Source of the DNA: Mobula hypostoma | Taxonomy: Eukaryota | DNA length: 64,000 nucleotides | Direction of reading: 5' to 3' | Assembly: GCF_963921235.1 (NCBI RefSeq) | Contig: NC_086097.1 | Coordinates: forward strand, 166,410,001 to 166,474,000 | Shown: positions 39,507 to 50,394 of the stretch, in pieces | Layout: the number at the start of each line of letters is the position of its first letter | How positions within the stretch are numbered: position 1 is the stretch's first letter | Position numbers and translations under genes: made by a program | The notes under the pieces: generated by a model | Seen by the model: the letters and a program-made list of their open reading frames with translations, nothing else | Told to the model about the DNA's origin: nothing | The model's database searches: none

Positions 39507-41369
39507 ATAAAACATTATCTGCTTGTTATTAAAGCAAATGCTGCAGATGCTAGAAGCTTAAAATAAAAATGGTGTGAAATCCATCACTTTGTGTTGTTAT
39601 TTGGTATATTATCAACTGGGAAGTTGCTTAGCACTATTTGGCTGTTGCATTTACCAAACTACAATAGAGATTAGCATTCAGAAGTATTTTATTTTCTGTA
39701 AAGTGGTTGACTTCAAAACATGAAAGGCAATATCTAACTCCAAGATTTTTTATGTGGCTTCTACTTTGCTGTTGAGCCAGATATTGACAGAAACAGTTCA
39801 ATCTTTCAAGGGACTAACGTTCTATTGGTTTTGTAATGTGAGTAATTCAATTCTCAGGATTCTCACGATTGTCCCCTTGTATTTTTGTACAATTAAAGCA
39901 TCAGTTTAAAATGTCATAAAATATGTTTAATAATCACATTTAAAGAAAAGTAATTAAATTAGTGTTTTTCAATCATTAAATACGTAACAGTAAAATCCAT
40001 GCCAATGACTACATAAATCAGGCCATTGAATACAGTATATAACTAATGTGCTGTCTACATATTCATGACAATCTTGTCATACTTTGCATAGTATTCTTAG
40101 GTATGCAAGGAGCCCGAAGAACATCGAAACAGCTGTATATTGTTGTAATAAAAAAGGTAATAATTATACCTACAAAGATATTATAGCCTTTGGATCAGTA
40201 TTGATTTGTCAGACTTACACTTAAAAAGTATGCCTGGCTGCTTTCTTTTCCAAATTATTGTTATTCTGAACAGTCCTACAACTAGCTCAGTTCTGTCTTT
40301 AACATTTTAGATTACAGTGCCTGGCCATCTGGAAAAGATATAAAAATCGTGAATGAAGCCTCATTTATTCAATGGTCTGAAACTAAACACAGCTGATAAC
40401 AATTTTCCAATTTCAAGAGAAAATTTTGACAGCTATTGTGAAGGACAGCTTGCGCATAAGGTTTATTTAGCAATTCCCTTACTGCTGACACACTAATTAG
40501 TGGATAGTTCTTCTGTAAAGGACAAGACATAACCTATAAGCAATAATCCAAAGATCATTTGAAGAAGAAGAAAGTTCATGACATGCAAAGCAGGAGTTTC
40601 CTCCTTGGATCCAAAAAGTGAATTAGGAACAAATTGTGGTGGTTCTGCAAAATTATTTTCTTTATACCAAGTCCAAACCCTCTTCAACACTGGCAAAAAC
40701 GAACTCTTCCAGTACCCAGCAGAGTTGAGTAATGCTTCAGAATGTACTCTTTTATTGACATGTTTTTCATTAAATAACATCTATTGACATATTTAAGACC
40801 ATTAATCTAATACAAAAACTGAAAATGTTGGAAGAACTCAGCTAATCAAGCAGCATCTGTAAAAAAAAAAGAAATCAGTTACTGCTTTGAATCAATGGCT
40901 CTGCCAAACTGACAAGCTGAGTTCTCCCAGCATTTCAATTTTAGCTTCATTTTCAAAATTCACAGTAAATTTATTATCAAAGTACATATATGTCACCATA
41001 TACAACCCTGGGATTTATTTTCTTGCAGGCATGCTCATTAAATCCAATAACCATAATAAAATCAATGCAAGACTGCATCAACAGGGCATACAACCAATGT
41101 GCAAAAGACAGCAAGCTGTTCAAATACAAAAAGAAAGAGAAAAAAATAATAGTAATAAATAAATAATTAACAATAAATGTGGAGAACATAAGATGAAGTT
41201 TCCTTGAAAGTGAGTCCTTGAAATTATCCCCTTTGGTTCAAGAGGGGTAATGACTATCCTGAACCTGGTGTGTGAGACCTTAGGCTCCTGTACCTTCTTC
41301 CTGATGGCAGCAGTGAGAGGAGAGCGTGATCTGGGCACCAAGATCAACTTTTTCTGCCAGCTACATTTA

Positions 41370-42120
41370 AATGTAGGAATTTGCTGTGGTGAGTTGCTCA
41401 TGGCATGACATGCAACAACATTCAAAAATGATTAAAAATAAAGCTTTACATAATGAATACATAAATATATGCTAATAATATTGGGGGTTAAAGATATGGA
41501 ATAAATATGCATAAATAAATAAATACCAGCATGTATTTACAATGTAAACTACCTTATGAAAAGTATCTATAGTGCAGTGCAGTAACAGAGGTAATAGTTG
41601 GGGAGGGTGTGGGTTTTAGCAGCTAACTAAAATGTTAATCAGATTAATTGCCTGGGAGAAGCAACTTTTGAAACAACATGGTTTATGTTTTAATAGCCCT
41701 ATAGCCTTTCCAGAAAGGAGCTTTTGCAAAAGGCAGTCTGCCGGGTGAGGAATGTCTGCAATGATTTTTATGCCAGCTGCTTTGTCCTGGACACATACAA
41801 GTCCTGCAGTGATGCTAGAGTGCAGACAATGACCTTTCTTGCTGTAGTTTTTGTATACTGTGAGAAGTTGTTGCAACAAACATTCAGTAGTAGTTTATGT
41901 GAGGATGCTCTCCAAGATGGCAGTGCAGAATTGTATCGATCAGTTCCGGGGAAGAGGCAATGTTATCAATTGCCACAAGAAGTACGCATCCTCTGATTGA
42001 GTCTTTGTGTTAATGAAGGAAATATGTTTCTCCCACATGAGGTCCTGGAGGTAGTAATGCCCAGGAACCTGAACGTTGAAATGGTGCTAACTGTAGAATT
42101 GTTGATGATGAGTGAGTGGA
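41370..42120 (-). mobile_element. Rex1/Babar-like 3' fragment
   Basis: IINNSTVSTISTFRFLGIT; KIIADIPHPADCLLQKLLSGK. Confidence 0.7.
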
Positions 42121-44029
42121 GAAAAACTCCACAGATTTGGAGGCATTCAGCTTCATGCTCCAAGATCTGACCCTACAAGCTTAGAATAGTGACAACAGTT
42201 CAAAGGAACTTCATTGGATGCAAAGTTATTGTGGCCATCTTGAGTAATAAATAATCACTATCAAAGTACGAGTTTCTTACATATCACAACATTTATCAAC
42301 AATTGAAAAATTACTTCTGAAGACTGTGAAGGCTATATTTTCACCTCATTCATTTTTCCTGGGAAATTTAGAGGAAGGAAATTGTCCCTCTTTTCAGGAT
42401 TTTATCTTCTGTTAAGCAATAACTTTTTAAAGTGTTTAAAAATGTGTCCAGGGAATTCACAACAGCATCAGGCAATCTCTTGAGAAAACACTTATGTAAA
42501 AGCCACCAGTACAATAGATGGTTGAGGCACAGAAACCAGCCATTAGGCATAGGAAATCCTGAAATCTTCACCACTGTTACCCACAGGGGATCCAAACCAT
42601 AATGTCTTCATTAATTAGACTCCATCAACCACCCACACCCACCCATCTCCCTCACAATGCGTCAAGGGCTGGGCTGTTTTGCTACTTAGCATGTCAAACG
42701 TGGTCATGGTCAAATTTGTTCTGTCAGCAGTCCAATTAACTCTTGCGGTACTTCTATGCTCAGACTGATGGCCTTCACAAACCTGTGGTAAAAGAAGCGT
42801 GCTTGGATGTCTGGGTCTCTGTCTTCAAAAGCTTTTAGACCATTCACGTCAATGGCAATGCTGTAACAAAGGTTGTTTGAACATTCAGCGTTGGGCTTTG
42901 TTGATTAAGATGTACTGTCATTGTAAATATATAGTACAATTTGCCCACACCCAAAATATTGCAACAATCCACTTGTTACTATTGAAATTGTATTGATCAT
43001 CTGTGGTTATCTATATCCACAAGGGAAGAAAAAATTATGCACTTTGAATTCAGAGTGATTCTACAAGTTTCTTCCAAGAGATTCAAAATCACAACATAAA
43101 GTTCAAAATTAGAAGAAAATATATTATCAAAGTACATATACATCACAAGATTTATTTTCTTGTGGGCATTCTCAATAAATCCAATAACTATTGACTACAG
43201 CTCAGCATTCACTACAATTATCACCTTAAAACTGATCAATGAGCTACAAGGCCTAGGCCTCCATCTTCGATTTCCTCACTTACAGTCAACTTGGATTGAC
43301 AACACCATCTTCTCCAGAACCACAGTCAGCACAGGTACACCACTAAGCTGTGTACTTAGCCCCCTACTCCAATCAATTTATACTACGTACACAAACATGG
43401 TGAAGATGAAGTCCACTCATTGTAGAACAGCAACATCATGTGGCCAAATTAGTTAACTTCATGGAAATTTGTCATCAATAAACAAGAGAAAGATACAGCT
43501 TTTAAGTGACTATGGAGGCAAGGAAAGGGAAGTGAGAGGAAGAAATACGACAGTCTCTGAGAGAGTGGGGATAGGAGCTGGGGTAACAAAATATTATTGG
43601 GATGATAGAATCAGGCAAAAAGAGTGTGATGATGGTACCTACAGTAAGTAAGGCATGATGTAAAGGGAAGGAAAGCCTGGAATATCTGGCATATCTTTAT
43701 TTTATTGTCATGGTGATGATGGTCAGTGTAAAAGGGACAGGGAACAATGGGCCGAAGGTCAGCTCTGGTGTTGGACAAGATGCATGTGGGACAAGACTCG
43801 CAGGTGTTGCCAATTTTCAGCTCCACAGGTTCATGTTCTGGGTGTAGTGACTTCAAATGAGTCACCAGAGATCAGAGCTGTGGATGTAAAGGGTCTGAAC
43901 AGACGGATATTCTGAGAGAATCTCTGAAGAATCTTTCTGAACTCAAGTTACATTGCCAATTCATTTTCTTTAAGCACAAAGGTTATAGCAGATAATTAAA
44001 TAGAGTTTCAATAGTTACAATTACATAGT

Positions 44030-45000
44030 TTACTTCAATAATCTGGCTAAGTACAGCTCTAATGTCATATTTAAGCTTACTGATGACACCACTACCGTTG
44101 GCCGAATCAAAAATAGTGACAAATCGGCATATAGGAGCGAAATTGAAAATTTGACTGAGTGGTGCCACAGCAACAACCTCTCACTCAATGTCAGCAAGAG
44201 CAAAAAGTTGATTATTGACTACAGGAGGAGGAAACTGGAGGTCCATGAACCAGACCTCATCATGGGATCAGAGGTAGAGAAGGTCAGCAGCTTCAAATTC
44301 CTCGGTGTTATCATTTCAGAGCATCTGTCCTGGGTCTACCACATAAATGCCATTATGAAGAAAGCACAGCAGCACCTCTGCTTCCTTAGGAGTTTGCGAA
44401 GATTTAGCATGACTTCTAAAACTTTGACAAACTTCTATAGATGTGTGGTGAAGAGTATATTGACTGGTTGCATCATGGCCTGGTATGGAAACAACAATGC
44501 CCTTAAAAGGAAAACTCTGAAAAAAAGCAATGGATACAGCCCAGTCCATCACAGGTAAATTCCTCCCACCACTGAGCACATCTACAGGGAGTGCTGTCAC
44601 GGGAAAGCAGTTCCCATCGTCAAGGGCTCTCACTATCTAGGCCATACTCTCTTCTCACTGCTCCCATCAGGAAAAAGGTACAGGAGCCTCAGGACCCACA
44701 TCCACCTGGTTCAAGAACAGCTATTCCCCCTCAACCATCAGGCTCTTGAACCAGAGGGGATAATTTCACTCTCCCCAATGATGGAGTGTTTCCACAACCA
44801 ATGGACTCACTGTTAAGGACACTTCATCCCATGGTCTCGATACTTATTGTTAATTTATTTATTATAATTATTTTGCTTGTTTATTTTCTTGCAGTTTTTT
44901 TTGTATTTAATAGGAATTCCCACAAGAAAATTAATCTCAGTTTTGTACATGATGATATATATGTACTTTGATAATAAATTTACTTTGAACTTTTGAACTT
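44030..45000 (+). mobile_element. Rex1/Babar RT C-terminal region and 3' end (upstream piece at about 43185-43385)
   Basis: KLTDDTT, WCHSNNLSLNVSKSK, FKFLGVII, NFYRCVVKSILTGCIMAWYG; (tttgaac)n tail; TVSTGTPLSCVLSPLL upstream. Confidence 0.88.
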
Positions 45001-45174
45001 TGATTTGTGCAGGAATATTAAGATAAATACAAAATGATAAGAAAAAAAGAGTAGTCCTCTAAAACTAGATGAGGGCAAAATTACACGTGAATGTAAAAAG
45101 ATTGCAAGCTATTTGAATAAATATTTTAGCCTAGAATTCTAAGAGGTTAATAATTAATCAAACTTCGGAGATCA

Positions 45175-48100
45175 TTAATTTCCCAAATATCGATTAGCAT
45201 CTCCCTAGAGTGAGAGGTTTAGATGAGGTGGGGTTTGTTTGGTGTGTTCAGGAAGGTTTCTTGACACAATATGTATTTAAGCCTACAAGAGGAGAGGTTG
45301 TATTTGATCTGGTATTGGGAAATGAGCCTGGACAGGTGTCAGATCTCTCAGTGCGAGAGCATTTTGGAGAGGGTGATCACAATTCTATCTCCTTTACTGT
45401 AGCATTGAGAAGGATAGGAACAGACAAGTTAGGAAAGCATTTAATTGGAGTAAGGGGAATTATGAGGCTATCAGGCAGGAACTTGGAAGGATAAATTGGA
45501 AACAGATGTTCTCAGGGAAACATACGGAAGAAATGTGGCAAATGTTCAGGGGATATTTGCGTGGAGTTCTGAATAGGTACGTTCCAATGAGACAGGGAAA
45601 GGATGGTAGTGTACAGGAACCGTGGTGTACAAAGGCTGTTGTAAATCTAGTCAAGAAGAAAAGAAGAGCTTACGAAAGGTTCAAAAAACTAGGTAATGAT
45701 AGAGATCTAGCAGATTATAAGGCCAGCAGGAAGGAGCTTAAGAATGAAATTCGGAGAGCCAGGAGGGGCCATGAGAAGGCCTTGGTGGACAGGATTAAGA
45801 AAAACCCCAATGAGTATAAGGAGAGCATGAGGATAAGACATGAGAGAATAGGACCAATCAAGTGTGACAGTGGAAAAGTGTGTACAGAACAGGAGGAGAT
45901 AGCAGAGGTACTTAATGAATGCTTTGCTTCAGTATTCAGTATGGGAAAGGATCTTGGCGATTGTAGGGATGACTTACAGGGGACTGAAAAGCTTGAGCAT
46001 GTAGATATTAAGAAAGAGGATGTGCTGGAGCTTTTGGAAAGCGTCAAGTTGGATAAGTCACCGGGACCGGACGAGATGTACCCTGGGCTCCCGTGGGAGG
46101 TGAGGGAGGAGATTGCTGAGCCGCTGGCGATGATCTTTGCATCATCATTGGGGATGGGAGAGGTTCTGAAGGATTGGAGGGTTGCAGATGCTCTTCCCTT
46201 ATTCAAGAAAGGGCGTAGAGATAGCCCAGGAAATTATGGACCAGTGAGTCTTGCTTCAGTGGTTGGTAAGTTGATGGAGAACATCCTGTGAGGCAGGATT
46301 TATGAACATTTGGAGAGGCATAATATGATTAGGAACAGTCAGCATGGCTTTGTCAAGGGCAGGTCATGCCTTATGAGCCTGATTGAGTTTTCTGAGGATG
46401 TGACTAACTCATTGATGAAGGTAGAGCAGTAGATGTAGTGTATACGGATTTCAGCAAGGCATTTGAAAAGGTACCCCATGCAAGGCTTATTGAGAAAGTA
46501 AGGAGGCATGGGATCCAAGGGGACATTGCTTTGTGGATCCAGAACTGGCTTGCCCACAGAAGGCAAAGAGTGGCTGTAGATGGGTCATATTCTGCATGGA
46601 GGCTGGTGACCAGTGGTGTGCCTCAGGGATCTGTTCTGGGACCCCTACTCTTTGGTGGTTTTTATAAATGACCTGGATGAGGAAGTCGAAGGATGAGTTA
46701 GTAAATTTGCTGATGACACAAGGTCAGGGGTGTTGTGGTAGTGTGGAGGACTGTCAGAGGTTACAGCGGGACATTGATAGGATGCAAAACTGGGCTGAGA
46801 AGTGGCAGATGGAGTTCAACGCAGATAAAGGCTGATTTATACTTGTGCGTACTAGCTTGCACTGTAGCCTACGCAAGTGGGCTACGCCGTTGTGGGCATT
46901 TATACTTGTGCGTTGGTGTGTCTGCGTCTCTCTGCAATTCACCACCAAAACGCTAGTTGGCGGTGGGGTTTCTATGCCGCTGTGTTGAGTTTCTTCGTGT
47001 TGAAACTCAGCATGAAGAAACTCAAACTTCAAACAATGGCGGCTGAAACTGAAGGAGGGTGAATTTTCTGTGCTTGTCCGGCCACTGAGAGACATGGACG
47101 AGGAAATGCATTTCAAATATTTTCGGATGTTGGCAGGTAGATTTGACGATTTGGTTCATCGTCTCCAACCATTTATTTTGCATCAGTGGCAATCACCATT
47201 CGAGTTTTAGCTTCCGGTGGAAGTCAACAGGCTGGAGCAGCTAGCTACAAACTGGCGTCAAACACAGGGTCCTCCATAATTTCGAAGCTCTGTAAAGCTT
47301 TATAGAAAGCATTGCAGCCAGAGTTCCTTCCCTGCCTTTCAGTCGCCCAATGGGAAGCGATTGCAGCGTAGGAGGAAATGTGATGCTACCAAGCGGACCA
47401 ATTACAGTTGTTCGGTCTGCGTCGCCACGACACGTAGTTACATTTTGGGAGAAGTGCACATTAGGCTATGGCGTAGGGTTGACATAGAGTACAGCGTAGG
47501 GTACGCGGCTACACCGTACCTGCAGCATACATTTGACACACAAGTATAAATCAGCCTTAAGTGTGAGGTGGTTCATTTTGATAGGTCAAATATGATGGCA
47601 GAATATAGTATTAATGAGAAGACTCTTGGCAGTGTGGAGGATCAGAGGGATCTTGGGGTCTGAGTCCATAGGACACTCAAAGCTGTTGCAAAGCTTGACT
47701 TTGTGGTTAAGAAAGCATATGGTGCATTGGCCTTCATCAATTGTGGGATTAAGTTTAAAAGCCGAGAGGTAATGTTGCAGCTATATACCCTGGTCAGGAC
47801 CCTGGTCAGACCCCAATTGGAATACTGTGCTCATTTCTGGTCACCTCACTACAGGAAGGATGTGGAAACCAAAGAAAGGGTGCAAAGGAGATTTACAAGG
47901 ATGTTGTCTGGATTGGGGAGCATGCCTTGTGAGAATAGGTTGAGTGAACTTGGCCTTTTCTCCTTGAAGTGACGGAGGATGAGAAGTGACTTGACAGAGG
48001 TGTACAAGATGATGAGAGACATTGAGCATGTGGATAGTCAGAGGCTTTTTCCCAGGGCTGAAATGGCTAGCACAAGAGGGCACAGTTTTAAGATGCTTGG

Positions 48101-48330
48101 AAGTAGGTACAGAGGAGATGTCAGGGGTAAGTTTTTTACACAGTGAATGCTTGGAATGGGCTGCCGGCGATGGTGGTGGAGGCGGATACGAGAGACTCCT
48201 GGATAGGTACGTGGAGCTTAGAAAAATAGAGGGCTATGGGTAACACTAGGAAATTTCTAAGGTAAGGACATGTTCGGCATGGCATTGTGGGCCGAAGGGC
48301 CTGTGTTGTACTGTAGGTTTTCTATGTTTC
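45175..48330 (+). mobile_element. CR1 ORF2 and 3' UTR, interrupted by a Harbinger element
   Basis: ORF 45506-46291 (KSPGPDEM), DFSKAFEKVPH, GVPQGSVLGP, KFADD; tail ttctatgtttcta. Confidence 0.95.
46829..47557 (+). mobile_element. PIF/Harbinger deletion derivative (729 bp) with transposase N-terminal remnant
   Basis: 19-bp perfect TIR aggctgatttatacttgtg; TAA TSD at 46826-46828 and 47558-47560; [24 protein letters not shown] and [10 protein letters not shown]...LQPEFLPC...QWEAIA at 47058-47370. Confidence 0.92.
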
Positions 48331-48332
48331 TA

Positions 48333-48957
48333 CGAGGGGTGATTGACAAGTTCGTGGCCTAAGGTAGACAGAGTCAATTTTAGAAAACCTAGTACATTTA
48401 TTTTTCAACGTAGTCCCCTCCTACATGTACACACTTAGTCCAGCGGTCGTGGAGCATACGGATCCCTTCTTTGTAGAAGTGGTCCACAGCCGGGGTGATT
48501 GATAAGTTCGTGGCCTAAGGTAGAAGGAGATGAGCTATTAACTTCAAACTTTCTGCATTATCACTCAAAGAATTGAACTGCACGTGCATGTAACGAGAGC
48601 GTCTTGGACCTCCAGAAAGTGTCCACAGCAGGGGTGATTGATAAGTTTGTGGCCTAAGGTAGAAGGAGATGAGTTATACAGCTCTCATTACATGCACGTG
48701 CAGTTCAACTCTTTGAGTGAAAATGCAGAAAGTTTGAAGTTAATAGCTCATCTCCTTCTATCTTAGGCCATGAACATATCAATCACCCCTGCTGTGGACC
48801 ACTTCTGGAGGTCAAAGACGCTGACTTCTACAAAGAAGGGATCCGTATGTTCCACAACCACTGGACTAAGTGTGTAAATGTAGGAAAAATAAATATGCTA
48901 GGTTTTCTCAAATTGACTCCTTATACCTTAGGCCACGAACTTATCAATCACCCCTCA
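48333..48957. mobile_element. Fold-back mariner MITE (625 bp)
   Basis: TA TSD at 48331-48332 and 48958-48959; TIR gaggggtgattgaYaagttcgtggcctaaggta; transposase C-terminus FYKEGIRMLHDRWTKCVHVGGDYVEK* on minus 48398-48478 and mirrored on plus. Confidence 0.93.
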
Positions 48958-49644
48958 TATGTTTCTAAGAAAAATTTGAAGTGATTAGTGTCTTTTCTAA
49001 TAAACGCAACTGATGGTTTTGAAGAAGCAACTAAAACATTAGATTGAGGGACACCTAAGGATGCCATTTATACAGATTTCAAGAAGTTAATTAATAGGGC
49101 TCCATAAGTGATAGTCAAACTTAACATTCAGGGAATTGAAAGAATATTATTAATCTTGTTAGGAAATTAATTATGGTGTGTATGACAGAAATGTTGAATA
49201 ATGTTGTGGTCAGAAAGGACCTAAATAAAGGAATCCCACAAGAATCTGTGCCCAGTATCAATTATTCACTATATTTATTAATAATTTTGATAATGCTATA
49301 ATGAACATCATGTGGAGGTCTGTGGATAACACAAGATTTGTAAGATAATAAGAATGGAGACTTAAAGCTTTTGCTGTCACAACTTGAACCTGATATTTTA
49401 ACCCCTGCTAAAAACGTTCAAACTCAAGGATCGCATTGGTATCGAAGCTGCTATACAGCGCACGGTTACTGTGTAATCTAGGTTTAAAGACAAATAAAAA
49501 ATTAAAACAGGATCATTCTCTCTCATGTTAGCATATGGTAGACATGTTTTTACACTATGAGGCTGCTGGAAAGTATATTGTGCCTCAGAGGGGCGTTGGT
49601 AAGTATGAAGGTGCTTTAAGGATGTTGGGCTAAAAAATAGTAGA

Positions 49645-49940
49645 AACTTAGAAAACCTGCTTGCTTTAGAAATTAGCTAGGGTTACCCATAGCCCTCTAT
49701 TTTTCTAAGATCCATGTACCTATCCAGAAGTCTCTTAAAAGACCTTATTGTATCTGCCTCCACCACAGTCACCGGCAGCCCTTTCCACACATTCACCACA
49801 CTCTGCATAAAAAATTTAAACCTGACATTCCCTCTGTACCTACTTCCAAGCACCTTAAAATTGTGCCCTCTGGTGTTAACCATTTCATCCCTGGGAAGAA
49901 GCCTCTAACTATCCACACCAACAATGCCACTCTACTCTTA
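49645..49940 (-). mobile_element. CR1 3' fragment related to the 45175-48330 copy
   Basis: TRGHNFKVLGSRYRG...FKRLLDRYMDLRKIEGYG. Confidence 0.85.
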
Positions 49941-50394
49941 TACTCTAGAGGTTAGATGATGAAACTCTGCAGTCTCTTTTGTCTCTACTTTCTGTATTCA
50001 TCCATTTCATGGATTATGTACAGGCAGATAGGGCTGATCTAATTTGGAATTAGGTTCAGTGCAAATAATGCTGACAAAGGGTCTGTTACTGTGCTATATT
50101 GTTTGATGTTCTATGTAAATGATATTTGGGGGGAGGCACAGTTTGTGTTTCTAGTGATGAACTTGAAACCACTGAACTGTTGTAAAATCATCTCTAATTC
50201 AGGAAGAAAAGCTGCCACTCTTACCACCTATAGGCTGTACATCACCCACAAAGTGATTGAATCTAATTGTCATTCAGTTCAGAAAGGATTGAGGGAAATT
50301 TGACAGGAACATGCTAAAGAATTTTAAATCTGTTATAGAAATTACACATTCAATGTATTAATATTTCTCCAAAGTTTAATATATGAATCAGAAA

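Noticed and set aside
40493..40780. 95-aa minus ORF with hydrophobic C-terminus
   Set aside because: No recognisable family, no convincing splice donor, and a length expected by chance; cannot be supported without RNA or homology data.
42615..42800. Strong minus-strand acceptor cttcttttaccacag followed by an open frame
   Set aside because: No recognisable product or partner exon; isolated acceptor-like tracts are common.
48333..48957. CRISPR-like array of spaced 30-bp repeats
   Set aside because: The repeats are mariner TIRs in both orientations, the spacers are themselves repeated, and the context is eukaryotic with no cas genes.
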